Source: an uncultured Chloroflexia bacterium
Lineage (GTDB): Bacteria > Chloroflexota > Limnocylindria > Limnocylindrales > CSP1-4
Length of the DNA stretch: 64,000 nucleotides
Reading direction: 5' to 3'
NCBI GenBank assembly: GCA_963842695.1
Contig: CAWJHK010000001.1
Span: 64,040 to 128,039, forward strand
Position 1 is the stretch's first letter. Every line of letters starts with the position of its first letter. Position numbers and translations under genes: made by a program. Of this stretch, positions 28,842-37,472 are shown piece by piece. The notes under the pieces were generated by a model that did no database searches, had not been told where the DNA came from, and was given only the letters and a program-made list of their open reading frames with translations.

Positions 28842-29063
28842 ATGGACCAGACGCAGCAACTCCTCGCGTTGATCCTCGCTGCCTGTCTCGGGATGTTCGC
28901 GACGTTCGCAATCCTCCGCAGTCAACGCAAGGCCCAGGAGCCGCCCCGTGAATCACCGTTCGCGACATCCACCGAAGGCGAGACGCTCTGTCCGCAATGC
29001 GGCATGGGCAATCAGTCGACAGTTGACCGCTGCATCAGCTGCGGGACCACCTTGCCGGGTTGA
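28842..29063 (+). CDS. small membrane-anchored zinc-ribbon protein
   Basis: N-terminal helix LLALILAACLGMFATFAIL, then STEGETLCPQCGMGNQSTVDRCISCGTTLPG (CxxC...CxxC). A paralogue lies at 61703..61927. Confidence 0.6.
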   Translation: MDQTQQLLALILAACLGMFATFAILRSQRKAQEPPRESPFATSTEGETLCPQCGMGNQSTVDRCISCGTTLPG

Positions 29064-29206
29064 CCAGCTCGTCCGGGCCGATCAAGGCTCGTCGACCCTG
29101 AACTATTGTCGAGACCGCGGCGGTACGCTCAGGGGGCGGTCGGTCAACCTTGGTGCCCGATACGGTCGAGTCGCCGCCGGGGGGCGATCCACCAAAGGGA
29201 CCAACT

Positions 29207-29467
29207 GTGACCGAACAACGCGCGGCCCACGGCCGGCTCGAAGAATTCTTCCGGAACCGGTCCAAGGGTGGACTCACCATCGCCAATGAGGGCGGCAAGT
29301 GGTCTGCGAGGGCCGAGGCTGCCACGGGGGCCATTGGCACGACCGGTCGATGGACGACCACGATCAGCGTCGTCGGCGGGAAGTACTCCGGTGGCGACGA
29401 CGCGATCGAGCGAACCTGCCTCGACGTGATCGCTCGGCTGCAAGAGGTAGGTCTAACCGTCCCGTAA
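29207..29467 (+). CDS. hypothetical protein
   Basis: ORF 29150..29467 trimmed to GTG 29207, preceded by AAAGGGA. No motif recognised. Confidence 0.45.
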   Translation: MTEQRAAHGRLEEFFRNRSKGGLTIANEGGKWSARAEAATGAIGTTGRWTTTISVVGGKYSGGDDAIERTCLDVIARLQEVGLTVP

Positions 29468-29773
29468 CCCGCGATCGCAGAGGCTCCGCGGCTCGACCAC
29501 CGGGAGGGCGGCCAGCCCCTCCGACTATCCTCGCGATGTGCCGGACAAACCACCCTCCGAAGTCCGCGAGCGTCGCCGCCGCCTCAACGAGCGGCTCCAT
29601 GCCGAGTGAATCGCGGGCGCCGAGGAGGAGTGGCGCAGGCGGACCGGGCGGCCGATGACGGCCGAGCGAGCTAGAGCGGTCGGCGCGGCGGTACCCCGGG
29701 GGAGCCGTGAGGGCGCATGAGTCCTCGGAGCGGTAACGGTTTCGCCGAGTCGCGCGTCATCTTGATGCCGTAG

Positions 29774-30196
29774 ATGCAGGAGCTTCCAGTGACCGATCCC
29801 GAGCTTGACGTCCAGCGCCGCGAGGCGATCGGTCGCTACGTGGCTGCGCTCCTGGCGGGCGATTACGCCGTCCTCAACGAGGTTCTGATACCCGACGCGA
29901 TCACCCGCTGGCCGCAATCCGGCGAGCGTATGACGAGCGCGATGAGTTGCATTCGGGTGCGTGAGAACTACCCCGGGGGACCGCCGTCATATGGGGTACC
30001 GCGGATCTTGGGCGGCGGCGACGTGTGGGTCGCGGAGATGGTGGCCGAATACAGCGATGGTCGCTGGTACACGGTCAGCGTCTTCGAGTTCGACGGAACA
30101 CGGATCGCGCGCATCACCGACTACTTCGGACCGAGCCTGCCCGCCCCGGAGTGGCGGGCGGCGTGGGTCGAGCGCGATGCGCCAGAAGCTTCGTAA
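29774..30196 (+). CDS. SnoaL/NTF2-like fold protein
   Basis: The pattern RYVAALLAGDYAVLNEVL...DVWVAEMVAEYSDGRWYTVSVFEFDGTRIARITDYF is typical of SnoaL-like polyketide-cyclase/NTF2 domains. GTG 29789 with AGGAG 7 nt upstream is an alternative start. Confidence 0.7.
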   Translation: MQELPVTDPELDVQRREAIGRYVAALLAGDYAVLNEVLIPDAITRWPQSGERMTSAMSCIRVRENYPGGPPSYGVPRILGGGDVWVAEMVAEYSDGRWYTVSVFEFDGTRIARITDYFGPSLPAPEWRAAWVERDAPEAS

Positions 30197-30830
30197 CCGC
30201 CCTCGGGCCGTGACACCGGTTCCCCCTGATCCCATCCCGATCGACCTAGGTGACACGGTGCGCCAACTCGCCCACTTCGAGACCGGCAATGGATTGCAGC
30301 ACGGCGTCGTCGAGATCGGTGTGGCGCTGTCTAGCCGCGTTCATGTTCGTGCCGCTTCGCCCTTTCCTACGATCCCGGTCCAGGAGTCGTCGCTGACGGT
30401 GGCCTGCGAAGGGGCGAGATGGGCGGATCGAGGCCCAGGCCTGCCTACCGGTCCCGGACTCGCGATCCCGCCTGCAGGGCGGGCCCTCTGTCGGGGCCAA
30501 CCTCCCTCAGGACGTCACGGGCTTCCGTGCGGAAGCAAGCGTTAGGCTTCACGGCTGAGCTGCCGTCTGCACCGGTCGAGTTCAGAAGGTCATTGGCCTC
30601 CAGTCCTCCGGGCCCGGGTGGTCATCCTACGGGCGGCCCCGGTCCTCACGTCCTCGGCGGCAGCGGTTGGGTGTCGAGCGCGGCCCTCGCCGCTGCCGTC
30701 GCAGGGCTGACCGTCATCGTCATCCGCTGGTTCGCTGGTTGGTGACTCCGTCAAGGGCCGCCTCCGCCTGTCGGCTCCCGAGGGCTGGCCTTCTCGTCAG
30801 GGTTAGAATATGGCCCTGGCTCAAACCCCC

Positions 30831-30861
30831 GGGCCGGGGCTAGAAGGGGTCGCCCCGGCCC
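30831..30861 (-). terminator. strong GC hairpin, possible terminator downstream of the 30929..31180 remnant
   Basis: GGGCCGGGG-13 nt-CCCCGGCCC (9 bp). On the minus strand it is followed by GGGGGTTTGAG, a weak U tract. Confidence 0.35.
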
Positions 30862-30928
30862 AAACCTCATCCGCAGATTGTCCATTGCAGACCTGCGTAC
30901 GATGGAGATGGCTCCGGCGTCGTCACCG

Positions 30929-31180
30929 CTAGGCCTGTGAGCACGCTTCCCCCCAGCGCCTCGCTCCCGTGTGCGGTCCTGCGCCGGGGCCCACCAGCCG
31001 GGTCGTCGACGGCCCGCTCCTCGGTGATCCAGTCCCACGCCGCATTTCAGTACGCGCCGTCCTTCGGCAGCCCTCGTCCGGTCGCCTCCAGGACCCACGC
31101 GTCGAGCCATCGGACACCGGCGCGCTGCGCCTGGAAGATGCGCTCAGTGCCACCTTCGGCCCGTCCGACAGCAGATACAT
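30929..31180 (-). pseudogene. decayed paralogue of the small protein at 36183..36440
   Basis: Nucleotide homology to 36183..36440. There is an in-frame TGA (31047-31049 on +) where the paralogue has TGG, a deletion of about 42 nt, a frame change near the 3' end, and no start codon. Confidence 0.5.
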
Positions 31181-32209
31181 CGACGACTGAAGCTCACCGG
31201 CCTTACAGCCAGACGGCCGAGACGGCATCGCGACGTGAGTGGCGTAACGTGCCGTCTTGGCCGAGCGCGCTAATCGTCCCCCCGGCGGTTTGTGCGCGCT
31301 CGGCCACTGTCGGCCGGGTGACAGGTCATACGGACGACCGTCAGTACGATCGAGGCAAGGACGCGGGTCGTGGGGACCCGCGTCCACCCCGGCCCGCCGC
31401 CTGTCCCCATCCTCCCAGGGCGGCGGGCCTTACCAGCCCGGTCGACGCGCTGCTCGCACAAGCCCGCGACCGCTGGCAAGCCGGACGAACGTCGGCAAGC
31501 CCGACCGAACGCCTCACCCGTCGGATCGGGGCCGAACCGTGTCTGAGGTACGAATGTCTCGATGGCCGAATGCCCAGCCGACGGCTAGCATCCGGGCGAG
31601 GCCCCCACGGGGGTTTGGGGGCCTCATTCCCCGTTGCCCTACGGCTCGGATGACCGCCGCGACGAGCAAGACGATCGCGAGGCCAGCCCGCAGTGATGGC
31701 GGCGACGACAACGATCGCCGGCACGGCCGATTCGACGGGAGACCGTCGGATGTATCTGGCCACCTATTGATACCTCTCCGGCAGGGCGGTGGCGTTCAGA
31801 CCCTGGTAGTCGCGTGGGCTCCGCTGTGCCGCGTTGGGGTTCGTGAGCATCACGAGCGCGAGCGCGACTCAACTCCGATGGCTAAGCCAACCTGGAGCGG
31901 AACGGCTCGACGCACCCGCAGCCCGGCTGGGACATCATCCGTCTGTGCGAGCGACCGCGGGCGAGAACGAGCGTCTCCCTGTACTCGACCGTCGCACCGT
32001 GGGGAGGCCGGCCCACGCGTCAAACCCGGGCATCGAGATCGCGCGGATCCGGGCCGACCGAGCTCGATCGGGTGCTGCGGTGCCGTCCGGGGGACGTCTG
32101 AACGGCTTTGTGATGCCCGCGCGAAACAATGGCCTGGCTAGGGGCGTCTCCCGGTCGGATGGCCGGCCCCGGGGGCGGGCCTGTTCCTGATTACGAGGGA
32201 GGTACGGGA

Positions 32210-32875
32210 TTGCGCGTATGCGTCGCCGTCGCGATGCTCGGGGTCGTCCTCGTCGGGTGCAACGGGGCCGCCGCGCCGTCGGTTCCGTTCTCCGCGTCGT
32301 CGTCAGCGACCGCGCTGGCGATAGCGACGCTGACGCCCACTCCCACCGCTGCCCCGCCGGTAACCGCGTCACCCCGACCCAAGCCCAGTCCGACACCTGC
32401 AGGCCCGCCGCCGCCCCCGAAGGCGGTCACGATCTCGAGAAAGGGCTGTTACACAGGCCCCAACCCCGACGGCGTTCCGCCAGGAACGTGCACCACCACG
32501 ATCACCTGGAAGAAGGTCGGGACCAAGGGGACGGAGATCAAGGTGTACGGGGTGACCGGGTGCCTGTCGGCGACCGAACAGCCAGGTGACGGTTCATGCC
32601 TGGTGCGGAACACGCCGGTGCCGAAGTCGGTACGCAAGCTGATCGCCCGGGCTCCGGCCTCGGACGGCAAGGTCAGCTGGACCGGGCCCGCCTGGCAGGA
32701 CGTCATCTCGAACGACACTGGTGGACCGAGGTATGAGGCAATCGGCGTCGACAGGCACGGCGACGACATCTACTTCGCCATCGTCGTGACCGCGTCGAAC
32801 GAGGAGGGCAACTCCAGGTTCATCATCGCCGACGCCGGCACGTGGTGCTACGACACGGGATGCGAGGGACCCTAG
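32210..32875 (+). CDS. lipoprotein with Pro/Thr-rich linker
   Basis: ORF 32129..32875 trimmed to TTG 32210, 8 nt after GAGGGAGG. Signal peptide plus lipobox (VAMLGVVLVGC), a PT-rich linker, and a Cys-containing globular domain. Confidence 0.7.
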   Translation: MRVCVAVAMLGVVLVGCNGAAAPSVPFSASSSATALAIATLTPTPTAAPPVTASPRPKPSPTPAGPPPPPKAVTISRKGCYTGPNPDGVPPGTCTTTITWKKVGTKGTEIKVYGVTGCLSATEQPGDGSCLVRNTPVPKSVRKLIARAPASDGKVSWTGPAWQDVISNDTGGPRYEAIGVDRHGDDIYFAIVVTASNEEGNSRFIIADAGTWCYDTGCEGP

Positions 32876-33139
32876 CGCCGCCAGCCGTCCGAGCCGACCG
32901 GATTACGAAGCCGCCCGAGTCGCGGCACGGCGGGAGAAATTGGGTGGGCTTCTTCTCGTGTCGGGTGGCCGACACAGTCGATCCTGACGCAGGCCCACAC
33001 TCCGCCGAACGGCAGAGAGGCAAGGGCGCGGGGCGGCACCCATCCACGCGACGTCCGATACGGTCGCCATGCGTCGCGTGGAGCCAGTAGCGAGACCGAC
33101 GCTGCCGCTGGGCGCAGCCGCGCTCAGAGAGGGACTCCG

Positions 33140-33490
33140 ATGCCACGGCTCTTGATCGCCATGGGGATCGCCATGGCAGCGCTCGAGGCAATCAACGCTC
33201 CGATGCTCGGCGACCTTTGGGTGATCGCCGCCGTGTTCGCCGCGATCTTCGCCGGGCTCACGTGGTGGTTCTCCCGTCGGGGAACGATGACGCCGGCAGT
33301 CCTGCTCGGGGTGCTGTTCCTGGTCGAGCTTGCATTCCTTCCCGGCTACGACCGCGACACTCTTCTCATGTGGGTCATGCAGGGCGCCACGGCGATGATC
33401 TCGGCTCTGGGCCTGATCGCCGCGATCGGCACGGTCGTGACCCTGGTCCGGGCTCGTCGCCGTCCGGCCCTCGACGCTCCGTCCGCCTGA
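33140..33490 (+). CDS. hypothetical membrane protein (about 4 helices)
   Basis: 116-aa ORF, almost entirely hydrophobic segments. GAGAGGGA upstream of the ATG. Confidence 0.6.
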   Translation: MPRLLIAMGIAMAALEAINAPMLGDLWVIAAVFAAIFAGLTWWFSRRGTMTPAVLLGVLFLVELAFLPGYDRDTLLMWVMQGATAMISALGLIAAIGTVVTLVRARRRPALDAPSA

Positions 33491-33754
33491 AGCCAAGTCG
33501 GGCGGCCCGGGGTCGGCCACCGCGTCCGGGCCGACCGGGATCGGTCATGTCCGAAGACTTGACCGCCTTGCTGACGCAATGGCGGCGCGATGCCGTGGGG
33601 CGCTACAGCACCAAACGAACGTGCTGGACGCCCCACTTCGCCAGGCAAGGGTGCCTGCACCTCGCCGGGGATGCCCGAACGCCGCAACACCAGCCGCGCC
33701 GTTCTGCTCGATTGATGCGTGGTAACACGCATCCGAGTCCATCACGCTGGGCCG

Positions 33755-34198
33755 ATGACGACCCTGTACGCCGTTCTCGGCGTCGATCCAACAGCCGACG
33801 CGGACACGATTCGACGCGCGTATCGCGAGCTCGCTCGGCTGCATCATCCTGACTTCGGCGGCGACACCCGCCAGATGGTCGCCATCAACGGTGCGTGGCA
33901 CGTCTTGGGCGACCCGACGCGCCGAGCCAGCTACAACCGGCAGCTACAAGCGCCGATCGCTCGGCCGGCCTCTGCGGACGGCCACACCGTCATGGATTTC
34001 GGGCGGTATGAGGGTTGGTCGCTGGGCGACATCGCAAAGGTCGACGAGAACTACCTTCAATGGCTCAGCCGGATGCCCGTGGGGAGGCCACTGCAGCGGG
34101 AGATCACCAAGTTGCTCGCCGAGCGATCCGCCGCGATGGAGGCACGTCGTCCGACGCCGATCTCCCGCAAGCCACGCTGGGGTCGCCTGTCTCTCTAG
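33755..34198 (+). CDS. J-domain protein with C-terminal DUF3820-like motif
   Basis: ORF 33719..34198 trimmed to ATG 33755. LYAVLGVDPTADADTIRRAYRELARLHHPDFGGD is a J domain with HPD. MDFGRYEGWSLGDIAKVDENYLQWL resembles the DUF3820/QSregVF_b motif. Confidence 0.8.
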   Translation: MTTLYAVLGVDPTADADTIRRAYRELARLHHPDFGGDTRQMVAINGAWHVLGDPTRRASYNRQLQAPIARPASADGHTVMDFGRYEGWSLGDIAKVDENYLQWLSRMPVGRPLQREITKLLAERSAAMEARRPTPISRKPRWGRLSL

Positions 34199-34684
34199 CT
34201 CCCGTTTCCGACCCGGCCGCGACGGCCAAGGGGTATGGGACGGAAGACCAGGGCTGACGAGAACGGCTCGCCCACGCTTTGTCAGGTCGGTGCGGCGCTC
34301 TAGGGTCGGCGCGCTGAAGAGCGAAGCAATCTGAGCCAAGCCCGACGCCCTGCCTAAACCTTGTGCGGCTAGGATCGCGATACTCCGGTGTCGCAGCCCC
34401 CTGGCGTTCCGATGCCCGTCACCCCAACGTGGCTGGACTGCCGTTCGGGTCGGACGCCGGAGTTACTCGCACCATCATTCGATCGCCTGGCGGAACGACC
34501 GTAGATGTCGTCAAGTGGGTGGACGACGGGTGGCTGCGGAGTACATGAAGGCTCCGAAGGTCAGTCAGGGTCGCGCAGCGCCCGTCGCCCAAGCCGCATC
34601 GGATCGAACGATACTGGTGCGCGCACGCGCCGGAACCCGGTGGAGTGTGATGCGGAGCGGGGTTCTTCGGACTACATTCGATGG

Positions 34685-35086
34685 GTGTTTCGTGGGCTGT
34701 TCTCGATCGTGATCAGCCAGTCCATCGACATCGTGTCGCTTGGGGCGCTTGCGGTCGGTCGCGTCGCGACAGTGGGCTTCCTTCGACTGGTGACCCTGTC
34801 GTTGGCGCAGGCCTTCGACCTGGCGACGTTCACCGCGATGCTCGCCAGGCACGGCTCCGCGGCGGAGGCGAACCCGCTCGTCAGCGACATGTTCGTGACC
34901 TTCGGGATGCCTGCCGTCGTGGTTGCCAAGGTGGCCCTCGTGGTGCTCATCGGCGCCCTTTGCGTGGCAGCGTCATCGCGAGGCAATCGCGGTGTCTGGT
35001 CGATCGTCGGCGGCCTCCCGCTCGCGCTTGCGATCGCCGCCGGCTTGATCGGCGGGATCACGAACACGGCCACCCTCCTCCGATAG
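34685..35086 (+). CDS. membrane protein, DUF5658-like
   Basis: ORF 34505..35086 trimmed to GTG 34685. Four hydrophobic segments and an EANPL motif typical of DUF5658. Start uncertain. Confidence 0.55.
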   Translation: MFRGLFSIVISQSIDIVSLGALAVGRVATVGFLRLVTLSLAQAFDLATFTAMLARHGSAAEANPLVSDMFVTFGMPAVVVAKVALVVLIGALCVAASSRGNRGVWSIVGGLPLALAIAAGLIGGITNTATLLR

Positions 35087-35171
35087 CCCTCGACGCAGGA
35101 AATGGCCCCGGCCAGCTGACGCAAAGCCGGGGTCCGAACGGTCTTGCCTGACTTGCCTGCGGCTGCCTGAC

Positions 35172-36089
35172 CTACCTGCGTCGCTCGATGCCGGTGATCA
35201 CGAAGGTCGCTCGGCAGCCGGTGATGATCTCATCACGACTCAGCTCCACCGCGACGCCGTCCTCGGTCGACTTTCCCTTGCACCTCAACGCTGCCTTATG
35301 ATCGAAATGGCCGGTCACCTTCACGCGGATCCAGTCCTTCCTCGACACGCCTGGCTGAAAGGCGTGCGTGTCAAGGCCGGGGTCGATCACCGACTCGAAG
35401 TAGGAGTCGTCCCCTTCCGGGTCCCAAACGAGGAACTCCGGCGCCGTGCACGTCCCCCCGAGCCACTCCGGAGTGATCGTCCATCCGGGATCGACCCCGC
35501 AGGTGGCCTCCGGATCGGCGAGCTGCGCCGGGAACGTGATCGACTTTCGCCCGAAGCAGGCGACCCAGGCCAGTGGTTCGAGGGCGACGAATGCACGGTA
35601 GGTGGTGGGCGGCTTCGGACAGTCGAAACCTCCGCCTTTGATCCACGGGTCACCGTCCTTGTCACCGACTGCGACCCACCCGAACGGCGGCCGATTGTCG
35701 ATGACGCGGGTCCCGAGTGGCTGGACCTCGTACCACCGATAGCCGGAGCCCGCGACCGGGCCCTTTACGACGAACACTTCCTGCCCCCGCTTGAGAAGCG
35801 GGACGAGCTTCGTCGATGCGTCGCTGACCTCCGGCCGCGAGCGGACCCGAAGGCCGTCCGTCACGACCGTCGCGATCGAGCCGACCTGGATCTCCGACGG
35901 GGGCTTCCGTGTCGGCTTGGGCGTCGAGGTCGGTGCGAGTGGCGTCGCGATCGCCGTAGGCGTGAGGGTGAGGGCAGGGGACGCCGTCGCGACCGCCGCC
36001 TGGCCACTCGGACTGGCCGATGGGGTGTTGCCGCCGCAACCCATCAATCCCAGGCACACGATCAAGGGCAGGACCCTCCGAGCACCCAT
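35172..36089 (-). CDS. lipoprotein with SH3b-like domain
   Basis: Signal peptide and lipobox (LIVCLGLMGCGG), a PT-rich linker, then VVTDGLRVRSRPEVSDASTKLVPLLKRGQEVFVVKGPVAGSGYRWYEV (SH3b-like) and a Cys-rich C-terminal domain. Confidence 0.75.
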   Translation of the reverse strand: MGARRVLPLIVCLGLMGCGGNTPSASPSGQAAVATASPALTLTPTAIATPLAPTSTPKPTRKPPSEIQVGSIATVVTDGLRVRSRPEVSDASTKLVPLLKRGQEVFVVKGPVAGSGYRWYEVQPLGTRVIDNRPPFGWVAVGDKDGDPWIKGGGFDCPKPPTTYRAFVALEPLAWVACFGRKSITFPAQLADPEATCGVDPGWTITPEWLGGTCTAPEFLVWDPEGDDSYFESVIDPGLDTHAFQPGVSRKDWIRVKVTGHFDHKAALRCKGKSTEDGVAVELSRDEIITGCRATFVITGIERRR

Positions 36090-36182
36090 GCAAAGTCTCC
36101 GATCCCGATGCGACCGCGTCCGCCGGGCCTGTGGTCTCGGCTGCGCAGTGTTGTCTGTGGAACGCCTGTAGGGGTGGCGCTG

Positions 36183-36440
36183 TTACCGCGCCGGTTTGCG
36201 GGGTGAGATCACCAGCCGAATCGCTGGACCGGCGCTCGGCCGCGCTGCGTGGGCGATCCAGTCCCACGCCGCCTGCCAGTACGCGCCGTCCCGTGGTAGC
36301 CCGAGAGCCGCCGCCTCGAAGGTCCAGGCATCGAGCCATCGATCGGCAGTTTCCCCCTGCATGCCCGTCCCGGTCAGCCGAGCGCGGACCCCGGCGCGCT
36401 GAGCCTCGAAGATTCGCTCGGGATCACCTCGTCGGGCCAT
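36183..36440 (-). CDS. small hypothetical protein (85 aa)
   Basis: ORF 36183..36590 trimmed to ATG 36440, which lies 6 nt after TACGGT (leaderless geometry). MARRGDPERIFEAQRAGVRARL...DGAYWQAAWDWIAH. Directly upstream of the lipoprotein gene. Confidence 0.6.
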   Translation of the reverse strand: MARRGDPERIFEAQRAGVRARLTGTGMQGETADRWLDAWTFEAAALGLPRDGAYWQAAWDWIAHAARPSAGPAIRLVISPRKPAR

Positions 36441-36662
36441 GCGTGCACCGTAGGCGTCGGGCGTGACGGCTAGCGTGGCAAGGGTAGGCTTCCGATCATG
36501 TCGACCGGACGCGAGCCCGCGCGGCGACCATGAGTCGGCCGAAGGGACTCGGCAGCCCGCACATTCGGGGCGAGTGGCCAGCCTGGGCAACCTCCGCTGA
36601 CGCGGCGAGAGGTCATCGACGAACTTGGATGCGGGTGCGGATACCTGGCGGCCCTGCTCCTG

Positions 36663-36965
36663 GTGTTGTCCGTCGTGGTCGTCGGCGGAGTCGTTTTTGT
36701 CCTCGCGATCGACTTCCTTGGCGACTTCGTGACCAAGCCGACAGCGAAGGCTCTGGGTGGGCCGATCGGCCTGATCGTGTTTGGCGTCGCGATGATCGGG
36801 TTGGCAGCCTGGGGTACCTATCGGGTCTACCGCCGCCGTTCCCTACCGGAGGTCACACGCCTCGGGATCGTTGCATGGGGAGTGACCGCCCTCGTGCTCG
36901 TCCTGATCGGTGTGATCGCTCTCGTGTCCGCATTCGGTGATCGCGCCGATCCGCGCGCGTTTTGA
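36663..36965 (+). CDS. hypothetical membrane protein (3 helices)
   Basis: 100-aa ORF with three clear hydrophobic segments separated by short basic loops. Confidence 0.5.
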   Translation: MLSVVVVGGVVFVLAIDFLGDFVTKPTAKALGGPIGLIVFGVAMIGLAAWGTYRVYRRRSLPEVTRLGIVAWGVTALVLVLIGVIALVSAFGDRADPRAF

Positions 36966-37133
36966 GCGTGCTTCCTCGGGCCGTAATCTCCAGTGGGGCT
37001 GCCGCGTGGGAGACCGCCTGGGCCGTCGTCCCGGAATGGCAGGGCCACGGGATCGCGAAGGGCCACTGGATGGCCTGCAACATCTTGCGGCGCGCGCTTT
37101 GGTAGATGGTCGAGGCGTGGCAGAATCGCGGTG

Positions 37134-37394
37134 ATGGGCCTCCGAAAGCGATTGTTCGGCGGTGGGGGCGGCTCCGACGGATCGGGGAGTCCGGCGTCCG
37201 CGGCCCCCGTTGACCCGGTCGACGCCGACGCGGCCGAGCGCGCCCATGAGCTCGACCTGGCACGAGGCGAGCAGGACCGCCTCGATGACCTGACCCGGCG
37301 TCAGCTGCGCTACGCGGACTACGCCTGGCAGCCGCCAAAGCAGGGCGGCGAGCGACGCGCCGACGATGACGCGGAGCCCGCCGATTCTGGCTGA
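37134..37394 (+). CDS. hypothetical protein
   Basis: ORF 36993..37394 trimmed to ATG 37134. Gly/Ser-rich N-terminus and an acidic C-terminus. No motif recognised. Confidence 0.4.
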   Translation: MGLRKRLFGGGGGSDGSGSPASAAPVDPVDADAAERAHELDLARGEQDRLDDLTRRQLRYADYAWQPPKQGGERRADDDAEPADSG

Positions 37395-37472
37395 CGCTCC
37401 GCGTCGGCTTCAGCCCACATTCCGGCCCTCGACCGGCTTGGGCGGCGGGGCCGTTCTATTTCCGAGGTCGAG

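Noticed and set aside
30804-30861. TAGAAT -10 box followed by a 9-bp GC hairpin as a small RNA gene
   Set aside because: There is no U tract on the + strand. The hairpin is better explained as the minus-strand terminator of the 30929..31180 remnant. No -35 element or conservation evidence is available.
33547-33700. MSEDLTALLTQWRRD... resembling the N-terminus of TIGR02999-type ECF sigma factors
   Set aside because: Only about 15 residues match, and the sequence degenerates immediately afterwards. At best it is a remnant.
34200-34684. 480-nt gap searched for a structured RNA (contains TAGGAT, a 10-bp GTGCGCGCAC palindrome and small inverted repeats)
   Set aside because: I could recognise no known riboswitch or ncRNA motif by eye. 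ORF 34363..34548 has no coding-like features. Left as an unexplained leader of the 34685 gene.
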